From positions 1 to 60,670 of the forward strand of contig JADZEA010000103.1 of NCBI GenBank assembly GCA_020850775.1: 60,670 bases of DNA, written 5' to 3'. The position numbers and the translations under genes are program-made. Numbering within the stretch: the first letter of the stretch is position 1; each line of letters opens with the position of its first letter. This document shows, piece after piece, positions 7,465-16,430 of the stretch. Source of the DNA: a bacterium (GTDB taxonomy: Bacteria; CLD3). Below the pieces are notes generated by a model. The model made no database searches and was not told the origin of the DNA. It saw only the letters and a program-made list of their open reading frames with translations.

Positions 7465-10425
7465 TTAAAAATTCATTTTCACGCCAAACTGAATTTTTCT
7501 TGGTGGCTGGTAATTAGTTGGGATGTCCCGCAAACGATACTCATCGATTGAGTTTACAACTTGATTGTGATTTTCTCTGTCAATTGAAGAAATTTCAGTG
7601 CTGTTTGCTTCACCTGTTTCTCCGAAGACATTTTTTACGATTTTTGTGTCAAACAGATTAAAAACCTTCACAAAAAAAGTTGTGTTAAACATTCCAAATT
7701 GAACGTACTTGTGCATTTCTAAATCAAGGTTAAAGGTTGAAGGTTTGCGTTCTGTATTTTTACGGATAACTGAGTTTCCTTCTTTCCTTGGCGGTTCGTA
7801 AGGATAACCAGAACCGTAACTTCCAATCAATCCAGCTCCGCCAAAGTTATTTTTTTCATAGTTTGCATTAAAATTTAATGTGTGAGCCTGGTCCCAATCA
7901 AGCAAAGAATTTTGTGGGTAAGTGTAATCGTCAGAAGTAAATCTTCCTGTTGTTACAAGGTAAGTGTAGTCAACACTTGCATTAATTTCATTGGTAAACC
8001 TGTTTTCGAAGCTAAACAAAGCACCTTTTGTGTTTCCGTAATCAGAGTTTGTGTTGACTTTGTAGGTTTGAGTGTCAGTTGTGTTTTTCACGTCGTCAGT
8101 AGCTTTCAGGTTCACAACATCCCTGTAAAAAAGATTTAACCCTAAAACTAAATTATTACCAATTCCTTGTTTTAGAGCAATTTCATAACTAACGGTTTTT
8201 TCGTAATCTAAATCCGGGTTTCCCATTGTTTCAGTTTTTCCATCAAGAAAATCTCTGTCCGGTCTGAAAGAACCATTGAGGTAAAGGTCTGAAAATCTTG
8301 GAGTTTGAATAAAATGTCCATAAGAAAAACTCATGTAACCATCTTTAGAAATTGGAAAACTAATTCCAAGTCGCGGACTAAAATTAATCTTTTTTGAGGC
8401 TTTTTTGTATTCCACGTCTCTGTTATCCCAAAGGATTTCACCTGTTTTTTGGTTAATCCAAAGGTTTGCCTGTCCTTGTGCAACCCGTGAACTGTCAAAA
8501 CTTGTAGCTGTTACAAGGTTTGCGTCGTTAATTCTTTTAGGAACTTTTGTGTTTGGGTCAAAAATATCCATTCTCACGCCAGCATTGATTGTAATGTAAT
8601 CGTATTCAATTTTATCCTGGATAAAAGCTGAAAATTCACGTGGTTTGCGATTGTACTGATCTCTCCAGACATCTCTTCTCAAAAGGTCATCAATGTAAGT
8701 TTCTGCTCCTGGAATCGTGTCAACAAAAGATGCGTTAGCTCTCAGAAATTCGTTAACCTGGTTTGCGTTTGTATCAAAAACCCAATAATTTTGAGTAAAA
8801 TCAGGGCTTACCCAAGAGAAACCATTGTAAGGATTTCCAAATGAAGAATTTGGCGTAATTTCAATATTATCATAATCTAAAATGTGGTTTGTAAGTTCGC
8901 CGCCAATTTTTACCAAATGGTGATTATTTAATTGGTTTTCGTAATCAAGTTTAAAATTATAGGAATTTGTTTCTCTGCCAAAAATCTTGTTTGGAACTCC
9001 ACCGGTTGAGAAATTATCCTTAAAACCTTGTTTTACAAGAACGTTAAACATTTGTCTGTCGTCGTTAATGTTTTTGTAGTTGTACTCATCAAAAACATTG
9101 TTTACCGCCGAAAATTTTGCGTTCAGGACCGAACTTTGAGTTAAAGCGTGGTTGTAAGCTAAAATGTGAGTGTAGCCGTAACCTTTTTGAGTTGGTCTTG
9201 CGTCAATATTGTAAAGATAATTTGCGTCCCAGCTTGTGTAGTTTTCCGAATCAAAAATTCCTGTGTAGGAAAGGTTATTTTTTTGTCCGATGTTCCAGAA
9301 AAGTTTTCCAAGTGCAAAAACGTCAGTTCTTTTGTTCATTGATTTAAATTTATTTTCGCCACTTTTTCCAATGTAGTAAGTTCCTGCCGCTGTTGTGTCC
9401 GGTTTTAATCCAGCTTCTTCAAAAGTAATTAACTGACCTGCATCGTTAATCGTTCTCAGTTCTGCAAGGTTTTGAGTTGCACCTTCTTTTACTGCTTCTT
9501 CTTTTGCCGTAACATCCCATGGATTGTAGGTATTTTTTCCGTAAAGAAATCCGTCATCTGATTTGTAGCGAAAATTTGAGTAAAAAGTAAGTTTGTTTTT
9601 TAGAATTGGTCCTTCAATGTTTGCTTGAAAACTATAATTATCTTGTGGAGTAATTTTCCCAACGTGTTGCCAGATTTTATCGTGAGAAGTTACGTAATCA
9701 CCGGTAAAAATTTGGATTCCACCATTAAATTTTTCACCTCCGGCTTTTGCAACAGAATTTATCACTCCGGATTGAGCCTTTCCGTACTCTGCATTAAAAG
9801 CTCCTGTAATCACTTGCAATTCTTGAACTGAGCCAGCTTCAAGCTCAACAGACTGCCCGCCGTCAAAAACATCTGTAACAGAAATTCCATCAATCAGGTA
9901 AGCGACTTCACCTGTTCTGCCTCCGCGAATGTGAATTGCTCCGTCAGAACTTTTGGTAACTCCGGCTTCAAGTCCGATGAGTTCACCAACTCCGTCGATT
10001 GGTGCAGACTCAATTTGTTGAGCGTCTAAAAACGAGGTTGTAGCAGTTACACCTTTTTGCACAAGTTCTTGTTCAGCAACAATCACAACTTCCTCAATCT
10101 TCAGGTCTTCTTGTGAAAGTGCAAAATCTTGTTTTGTTGTCAGGTCAATTGAAATTTTCAGGTTTGAAATTGTAACGTCTTTGTAACCGATGTAACTTGC
10201 TTTCAGAGTGTAAATTCCTGGTGGAATGCCTAAAATAAAATAGTTTCCTTCAATGTCAGTGCTTGCTCCAAACTGTGTTCCGACAACGACAACGCTCCCA
10301 CCAATTATTTCTTCGTTTGTTGTTTTGTCTTTGAGAGTTCCCGAAAATTTTCCTGTAGTTCCGGCACTTGCAAACTGAAACAAAAACGTTCCAAGCAGGA
10401 TTGTAATTAGTAAATATTTTTTCAT
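7465..10425 (-). CDS. TonB-dependent outer-membrane receptor with an N-terminal carboxypeptidase-regulatory-like domain
   Basis: Signal peptide MKKYLLITILLGTFLFQFASA. CarboxypepD_reg-like GGSVVVVGTQFGASTDIEGNYFILGIPPGIYTLKASYIGYKD. Plug-like segment (IHIRGGRTGEVAYLIDGISV), a long beta-rich C-terminus, and a terminal aromatic residue (...FGVKMNF). Confidence 0.85.
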   Translation of the reverse strand: MKKYLLITILLGTFLFQFASAGTTGKFSGTLKDKTTNEEIIGGSVVVVGTQFGASTDIEGNYFILGIPPGIYTLKASYIGYKDVTISNLKISIDLTTKQDFALSQEDLKIEEVVIVAEQELVQKGVTATTSFLDAQQIESAPIDGVGELIGLEAGVTKSSDGAIHIRGGRTGEVAYLIDGISVTDVFDGGQSVELEAGSVQELQVITGAFNAEYGKAQSGVINSVAKAGGEKFNGGIQIFTGDYVTSHDKIWQHVGKITPQDNYSFQANIEGPILKNKLTFYSNFRYKSDDGFLYGKNTYNPWDVTAKEEAVKEGATQNLAELRTINDAGQLITFEEAGLKPDTTAAGTYYIGKSGENKFKSMNKRTDVFALGKLFWNIGQKNNLSYTGIFDSENYTSWDANYLYNIDARPTQKGYGYTHILAYNHALTQSSVLNAKFSAVNNVFDEYNYKNINDDRQMFNVLVKQGFKDNFSTGGVPNKIFGRETNSYNFKLDYENQLNNHHLVKIGGELTNHILDYDNIEITPNSSFGNPYNGFSWVSPDFTQNYWVFDTNANQVNEFLRANASFVDTIPGAETYIDDLLRRDVWRDQYNRKPREFSAFIQDKIEYDYITINAGVRMDIFDPNTKVPKRINDANLVTATSFDSSRVAQGQANLWINQKTGEILWDNRDVEYKKASKKINFSPRLGISFPISKDGYMSFSYGHFIQTPRFSDLYLNGSFRPDRDFLDGKTETMGNPDLDYEKTVSYEIALKQGIGNNLVLGLNLFYRDVVNLKATDDVKNTTDTQTYKVNTNSDYGNTKGALFSFENRFTNEINASVDYTYLVTTGRFTSDDYTYPQNSLLDWDQAHTLNFNANYEKNNFGGAGLIGSYGSGYPYEPPRKEGNSVIRKNTERKPSTFNLDLEMHKYVQFGMFNTTFFVKVFNLFDTKIVKNVFGETGEANSTEISSIDRENHNQVVNSIDEYRLRDIPTNYQPPRKIQFGVKMNF

Positions 10426-10515
10426 TGATTAAGCCTTTTTTTAGAAAAACTGAAAATGGTTCTGTGGAATTTACTAATTGCAAGCCAATTTTTAAAGTAG
10501 TTTTTAAAAAAATAC

Positions 10516-11820
10516 TTAGAAACTGTTTAGGTCAATCATTTTAATTTCACCAAAGTAATCAATGTACTTTGGATTTTTGAGTTCCCGTAGCTTTTCAAGA
10601 ATTTCTGTACATCGGTTGGAGGCTTCAAAAAGGTTATCAAGGTATCTTTTCAGGTTTTCATCAAGTTTTTGGTAAGAAGTCATTTGGATAAGTGTGATGT
10701 TTCCCAAAATAGCTGCAAGAGGTTGATTTAACTGATGATTTGCGGTTACAACCATTGCATAAAACATTTTTAGTTTTTCTGCTTCAACCAATTTAGATTG
10801 TGTTTCTTTGAGTTCTTTGTTGAGCTTTACAAGTTCAATATTTTTTAGCCGATAAATTTCTTTTTCCTGTTCTTTTTTTTGTGTTTGGAATTTTACCTCA
10901 AACTCAGCAATTTTTTTATTTTTTTCCTCATTCAAAATTTCTTTATTCTTTTGCAGGTAAAGGTTTAAATACTCTTCAGTTTTTTCGTAATTTTTTTTGA
11001 TTAGGTAAGCACGAAAGGTAAACTCATAAATTTTCTCTATCAGTTTATTAGCTTTTAGTTCAATTGCAATTTGCAATGCTTCTTCTAAATGTTCTAACGC
11101 CTCGTCCGCTTTACCAATTTCAAGCAAATCGTGAGCTAAATTTGCCAAAGTTATGCAATGATTGTAATCATTATTTTTATGTTTATTCAATTCGTATGCT
11201 TTTGAATGAAAATAAAATGCTTTTTCAAAATTTTTTAAAATAATGTAAGTGTTTCCAAGGTTTGCAAAAGCGGTTGAAAGCAGAGATTCATTCTCTTTAA
11301 CCATGTCCAACACTTTTTCAAAGTAAGGCAGGGCTTTTTCAGGATGCTCTAATTCGTTGTAAACTAAACCGATACCGGAATAAATCTTAGCTATTTCTGT
11401 CTTATCAATATTTTCATCAAAATACTTTAAGGCTTTTTCGTAAGTTTCCAATGCTTTAGAATGTTCATTTTGTACCCTTAAAATTGCTCCGTAAAGGATT
11501 AAAGAACTGCCAATCCCTGTTTTATTTTGATATTTTTCTGATAACTTAAGACATTGTAAACAGTTTTTAAGCGATAATTCGTAATTGCCTTTAAAAAAAT
11601 ATATCGTAGAAATTTTTATTAAAAACTGCCAGGCTAAATCTTCTCTGTTGTATTTTTTTGTTAACTTAGTAGCCTGAGTCAAAACATCAATTCCCTCATC
11701 AAATAAATTATTACTAGCATAAACTTTAGCTAAGTCTATTAAAATTTCTATTCTTTGCTGTTTTACCGCACCCTTAAGTTTAGCCTTTAATTCTTCAATT
11801 TTTTCCGGTTGAAACGACAT
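10516..11820 (-). CDS. TPR-repeat protein with a C-terminal histidine-kinase DHp (HisKA-like) segment but no ATPase domain
   Basis: Multiple TPR-like repeats (e.g. AKIYSGIGLVYNELEHPEKALPYFEKVL), a coiled coil, then an H-box-like VVTANHQLNQPLAAILGNITLIQ. The protein ends ~60 aa later with no N/G1/G2 boxes. I placed the start at ATG 11820 (MSFQPEKIEEL) rather than track start 11844. Confidence 0.6.
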   Translation of the reverse strand: MSFQPEKIEELKAKLKGAVKQQRIEILIDLAKVYASNNLFDEGIDVLTQATKLTKKYNREDLAWQFLIKISTIYFFKGNYELSLKNCLQCLKLSEKYQNKTGIGSSLILYGAILRVQNEHSKALETYEKALKYFDENIDKTEIAKIYSGIGLVYNELEHPEKALPYFEKVLDMVKENESLLSTAFANLGNTYIILKNFEKAFYFHSKAYELNKHKNNDYNHCITLANLAHDLLEIGKADEALEHLEEALQIAIELKANKLIEKIYEFTFRAYLIKKNYEKTEEYLNLYLQKNKEILNEEKNKKIAEFEVKFQTQKKEQEKEIYRLKNIELVKLNKELKETQSKLVEAEKLKMFYAMVVTANHQLNQPLAAILGNITLIQMTSYQKLDENLKRYLDNLFEASNRCTEILEKLRELKNPKYIDYFGEIKMIDLNSF

Positions 11821-13432
11821 TTTTTTCCTTAAATAAATTTTCAAGTTTCACCTTGTCAAAAACAAGATTTCCATTTTCCCTTGCAAAACTCTCTTCCCTG
11901 CCAACAATCCTTTTAATTTCTAAATCTAAGTAATCATTCAAAATAAACTCTTTTCTCTCAACAAAACCAACTCCTTTTTCCTTTTCTAAAATTTCAAAGT
12001 AGATAAAAACTTGCTCCTTTTCAAAAGCTCCAAGAATTTCACCTGCTTTAAAACTAACAACCTTTCCACTATCTTTTATTTCAATAATTTCTGCAACATT
12101 CACAAAACCAAGTGTGTCAACCTTAATTTTATTGGTGTTAACAAAAATTTTGCTCCTAAGTTTTTCCCGTTCAACTTCCTTTTGGCAAGCAAACCTGACA
12201 ACCTTAAATTTTTGTTCACTCTCAAAACGATACTTGTTTTTCTCAAAGTGTTCCTTTAGTTTTTGCTCCGAAGTATCAATTTTTGAAATTTGACTTGCAA
12301 GGTAATTGTTTTTCAAAATCCTGTCCCGTTCAATTTCCATTTTTTCCTGCAAAACTACGTTTTCAAAAAGCCCTGATTTTATCGCTTCATCCGAAAGTAT
12401 TTTTTTCATAATCACTGATTCAACAGCTCCAAGTGGGTTTTCTTTCATTTCTCTGTGAGAAAGAAAAGGCACAAAAGCTAAAAAATCTTTTACTTTTAAT
12501 TCTTCCCCACCAAAGGTTGCTAAAACATCTTTCTCACTCAAAAGATGCTCAATTTCATTAATTTTACTCTGTGGATTTTCCCAATTATTTTTGTTCAGGT
12601 AAGGTTGCAAATTTTTAAAAAGGCTCTTTAAAACCGCCGTTTTAATCCTAACATCTTTTTCAGCAAACAGTTTTTGGACAAATTTATCCGAAGCATTTTT
12701 GTTCCGCAAGTTTTTGAATTTTGTGGAAATCTTGGATTTTTGTGCCTGAAACTCACTTTCAGGAATAAAAACCTTACCTCTTAAACTTTTTATTTTAAGC
12801 AAGTGGTAGCCAAAAGCAGACTTGAAAGGCTTTGAAATTTCGTCTTTTTTGAGCTTGTAAGCGTTCTCTTCAAAATCAAAATCCATTTCCCCAAAACCAA
12901 AAAATTTATCGTAACCTGCATTTTGGGCAAGGCTTGAGTCTGTTCCGACGTAATGCTTAAAAGCTGCTTCCTCAAAAGTTATTTTTCCACTTTGAATTTC
13001 CTCAAAAATCGAATCAATTTCAGCTTTGTTTTTTGAAAAAATATTTCCAACCTTGATTTCTGTGTTCATCCTTCGGAAAGTCTCACGAATTTCTGCTTCT
13101 GTTGGTTCAGGAAATTTTGCATCAATTTGCGCCTCAAAAAATTTTTCAGTCAGCAATTTTCTCTTGTAAAACTCAAGTTCAACCTCATCTTGTTCCGAAA
13201 ATTTTATCCCTGTTTTTTTTGATTTTTCGGCAATTCCTTTGTTTTGGTAAAGTGTGTAAAGATACTCAACTCTGTTTTGGTAAGAATCCATTAACGGAGT
13301 TTTTGCAAGCAAATTCGTGTAAAGCTCCTTAAAAGTCTCAACCGAAATTTCTCCGTAATCAGAACTGAAAATTTTTTCCTGCTCTCCCGAACAAGCCAAA
13401 ACTAACAACAACAAAAACAATATTTTTCGCAT
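11795..13432 (-). CDS. Lipoprotein-type peptidyl-prolyl isomerase (parvulin/PpiC, SurA/PrsA-like)
   Basis: Lipobox LLLLVLACSG. Parvulin-like segment IFSKNKAEIDSIFEEIQSGKITFEEAAFKHY...SKPFKSAFGYHLLKI. Ends on TGA. Confidence 0.7.
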   Translation of the reverse strand: MRKILFLLLLVLACSGEQEKIFSSDYGEISVETFKELYTNLLAKTPLMDSYQNRVEYLYTLYQNKGIAEKSKKTGIKFSEQDEVELEFYKRKLLTEKFFEAQIDAKFPEPTEAEIRETFRRMNTEIKVGNIFSKNKAEIDSIFEEIQSGKITFEEAAFKHYVGTDSSLAQNAGYDKFFGFGEMDFDFEENAYKLKKDEISKPFKSAFGYHLLKIKSLRGKVFIPESEFQAQKSKISTKFKNLRNKNASDKFVQKLFAEKDVRIKTAVLKSLFKNLQPYLNKNNWENPQSKINEIEHLLSEKDVLATFGGEELKVKDFLAFVPFLSHREMKENPLGAVESVIMKKILSDEAIKSGLFENVVLQEKMEIERDRILKNNYLASQISKIDTSEQKLKEHFEKNKYRFESEQKFKVVRFACQKEVEREKLRSKIFVNTNKIKVDTLGFVNVAEIIEIKDSGKVVSFKAGEILGAFEKEQVFIYFEILEKEKGVGFVERKEFILNDYLDLEIKRIVGREESFARENGNLVFDKVKLENLFKEKNVVSTGKN

Positions 13433-13510
13433 TAAATTTTTTCTTTATTTTTTTAACTTAGCTTTTGTGAACTAAAAATAATTAGCCCATTCCAATTTAA
13501 GGAACTTTCA

Positions 13511-15982
13511 ATGCCAAAAAAAAACCTTTTCTACTCTGCACTAACCTTTTTACTTTTTACAAACTTAATTTTAAAAGCACAAAACTTTCCAGAAAATTCA
13601 CAAATTTTGGGGCTTGCAACTCCAGTAAACTTGCAAAACGGAGAAACGGAAATCAGACTTGGTGATTATTTTTCTTCAAAAGTCGATTCAATCGCTTTCC
13701 AAAATTTCTTCTCTGCTGAAATCTTAGAAAACAAACTTTTACTCAAACCTTTAAAAACGGAACTGCCAAAACTAATTGAACTAAAAGTTTGGTCAAAAGG
13801 TTTTGCCTACTCACTTCTGCTCAAAAAATCCCGTAAAATCCAACAAAAAATTACCTTTTCAACAAACAAAACTTACTCAAAAGTTCAACTTGCAGGTGAT
13901 TTTAACGGCTGGAACCCAAACTCAACCGAACTTCAAAAAACTAAAAATGACTGGGAAACAACTCTTCTTTTGGAACAGGGAAAGTATCCTTATCAGTTTG
14001 TCGTTGATGGAAAATGGATTCTTGACCCGACAAATCCTGATTCCGTTGACAACAATCTTGGCGGCTTTAACTCGGTTTTGAAAGTTGGAAAAACAAACAG
14101 AGAGCTTTTACCACAACTTTTTACCGAAAGTTTTAAAAAAGGAAAATTGATTGAGCAAACTCAAACCTCGCAAAAAGAAAGAAGAAGAGGTTTTGACCCA
14201 ATCAAACCTGAAAAGGCTGAAATTACAATTGGAACAAAAAATGAAGTTGACGAACTTTTTGTTTTTTGGCAAAATTTTAGAATTCCTTTTAGAAAGACAG
14301 GTAAAAATAAAATTTTAATTGAATTGCCAACAGAAGCCTTTAACCTTGAACGTTCATTTTTGAGAGTTTGGGCTTTTAACAAAGAAGGAGTTTCAAACGA
14401 CCTTTTAATTCCTTTGTGTGTTGAGAAAAACGAAACAGAAAATCTAATAAAAACAACTCTTTCAGTTGTGGAAAATCCTTCGCAACTGAATCAAAATGAC
14501 ACGGAAGCAACAATACTTTACTTTGCAATTGTGGACAGGTTTTTTAATGGAAACCTTGCTAACGACCAAAAAGTTTTGGATAAAGATGTTCACGAAAAAG
14601 CAAATTATTTTGGCGGAGACCTTGCAGGAATTACCCAAAAAATTGAAGAAGGTTACTTTAAATTGCTTGGAGTAAACACACTCTGGATTTCTCCAATCGC
14701 ACAAAATCCTGAAAATGCTTACGTTGAATTTCCCGAACCTCACAGAAAATTTTCCGGCTATCACGGTTACTGGCCAATTTCTTCTTCAAAAATTGACCAT
14801 CGTTTTGGAACAGAAAACGAGTTTAAAAACCTTGTTAACGAAGCTCACAAACAAAAAATGAACGTTTTACTTGACTACGTTTCAAATCACGTTCACGAAA
14901 ACCATCCTGCTTACCAAAATCACAAAGATTGGGCAACACAACTTGACTTAGCTGACGGAAGAAAAAATATCAGAATTTGGGACGAACACAGACTCACAAC
15001 CTGGTTTGACACTTTTTTACCAAGTCTTGATTACTCAAAACCTGAAGTCGTTAAATCAATGACTGATTCGGCACTTTTTTGGATAAAAACTTACCAACTT
15101 GATGGTTTCAGACACGATGCAACCAAACACGTTCCAAACAAATTTTGGCAAACCCTAACGGAAAAAATCAAAAATGAAATTGCAATTCCACAAAACAAAC
15201 GCATTTTTCAAATTGGTGAGACTTTTGGAAGCCGTGAATTAATCGGGAGTTACGTAAACAGTGGCGAGCTTGATTCTCAATTTGATTTTAATCTTTACTT
15301 TGACGCAAGGTCGGTTTTTGCAATTGACAGCGAAAGTTTTACAAAAGTAAAAAATTCAATTTTTGACAGTTTTGATTTTTATGGAAATCATTCTTTGATG
15401 GGAAACATTACGGGAAATCACGACATGCCAAGATTTATTGCTTTTGCAGGTGAAGACTTGAGTTTTAACGAAAATGCTAACGAAGTTGGTTGGGAAAGAG
15501 AAGTAAAAATAAAAAATCCCGTTGCTTACAAAAAATTGCAAAGTCTGACAGCTTTTATTTTGACAATTCCGGGTGTTCCGGTAATTTTTTACGGAGACGA
15601 AATCGGAATGGTCGGAGCTGGCGATCCCGATAACAGAAAGCCAATGAAATTTTCAGACCTGACAAAAAACGAACTGATTACGAAAGCAAGCCTTCAAAAA
15701 TTAACTCACCTGAGAAGCAGGAATTTATCCTTAATTTACGGAGATTTTGAGGTTTTAGAGTGTTCAGACAAGACTTTTGCTTTTGCGAGAACTTACTTTG
15801 ATGAAATCTCAATCGTGGTTTTTAACAAAGATTTAGTTGTGCGAAACTTTGAGCTAAAACTTCCTGAAAGGTTTAAAGATGCAAAACTAATAAATAATTT
15901 TGGTGAAAGAACAATGCAAAGAGACGGAACTTTGCTTTTGGAAATTCTGCCAAACTCGTTTGAAGTTCTAACTAAAAACTAA
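13511..15982 (+). CDS. Secreted GH13 alpha-amylase-family glycosidase with an N-terminal CBM48/E-set-like module
   Basis: Signal peptide. CBM48-like VQLAGDFNGWNP...YPYQFVVDGKWILDP. GH13 regions: I NVLLDYVSNHV, II DGFRHDATKHV, III FQIGETFG, IV ITGNHDMPRF. Confidence 0.85.
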   Translation: MPKKNLFYSALTFLLFTNLILKAQNFPENSQILGLATPVNLQNGETEIRLGDYFSSKVDSIAFQNFFSAEILENKLLLKPLKTELPKLIELKVWSKGFAYSLLLKKSRKIQQKITFSTNKTYSKVQLAGDFNGWNPNSTELQKTKNDWETTLLLEQGKYPYQFVVDGKWILDPTNPDSVDNNLGGFNSVLKVGKTNRELLPQLFTESFKKGKLIEQTQTSQKERRRGFDPIKPEKAEITIGTKNEVDELFVFWQNFRIPFRKTGKNKILIELPTEAFNLERSFLRVWAFNKEGVSNDLLIPLCVEKNETENLIKTTLSVVENPSQLNQNDTEATILYFAIVDRFFNGNLANDQKVLDKDVHEKANYFGGDLAGITQKIEEGYFKLLGVNTLWISPIAQNPENAYVEFPEPHRKFSGYHGYWPISSSKIDHRFGTENEFKNLVNEAHKQKMNVLLDYVSNHVHENHPAYQNHKDWATQLDLADGRKNIRIWDEHRLTTWFDTFLPSLDYSKPEVVKSMTDSALFWIKTYQLDGFRHDATKHVPNKFWQTLTEKIKNEIAIPQNKRIFQIGETFGSRELIGSYVNSGELDSQFDFNLYFDARSVFAIDSESFTKVKNSIFDSFDFYGNHSLMGNITGNHDMPRFIAFAGEDLSFNENANEVGWEREVKIKNPVAYKKLQSLTAFILTIPGVPVIFYGDEIGMVGAGDPDNRKPMKFSDLTKNELITKASLQKLTHLRSRNLSLIYGDFEVLECSDKTFAFARTYFDEISIVVFNKDLVVRNFELKLPERFKDAKLINNFGERTMQRDGTLLLEILPNSFEVLTKN

Positions 15983-16019
15983 AATCACAAAAAAAATTTA
16001 TAAAGAAAGCGGTTAAAAA

Positions 16020-16337
16020 ATGACAGTTACAGAAATCCAAAATTTTTGCGAAAAACTTGAAGATTCTCACGAAGTAATTCAGTGGGGAAACGACCTTGTT
16101 TTTAAAGTTGGCAAAAAAATGTACGCAGTTTTAAACTTCACAGACCCTTTGCAGGTTACGGTAAAAGCGACTTTAGATGAACAGTCAGAGCTTGTAACAA
16201 ACTACAAAGAAATTTCAGTTGCAAGTTACGTTGGAAGGTTCGGTTGGGTAACCGTTAGTCTTACAGAAGGTTTTGACAAAGATTTTTTCTTTAGTTTGCT
16301 AAAAAAAAGCTACGATTACGTTGCTAAAAAGAAGTAG
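16020..16337 (+). CDS. MmcQ/YjbR-family small protein
   Basis: 105 aa. The pattern ...HEVIQWGNDLVFKVGKKMYAVL... is typical of the YjbR fold family. Recognition is by pattern only. Confidence 0.55.
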   Translation: MTVTEIQNFCEKLEDSHEVIQWGNDLVFKVGKKMYAVLNFTDPLQVTVKATLDEQSELVTNYKEISVASYVGRFGWVTVSLTEGFDKDFFFSLLKKSYDYVAKKK

Positions 16338-16370
16338 AATTATTTTAGCTTTTTTTAGAAGAAGTGCTTC

Positions 16371-16418
16371 CACAAAAAACCTTGAAGGCTTTCTTTCACC
16401 TTCAAGGCTTGGTTTTGG
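16371..16418. terminator. Bidirectional terminator between convergent genes
   Basis: Perfect 9-bp stem ccttgaagg (16380-16388) / ccttcaagg (16399-16407) with a 10-nt loop. An A-run lies upstream (T-run on the minus strand) and ggtttt downstream. Confidence 0.6.
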
Positions 16419-16430
16419 TAAACTATTTTT

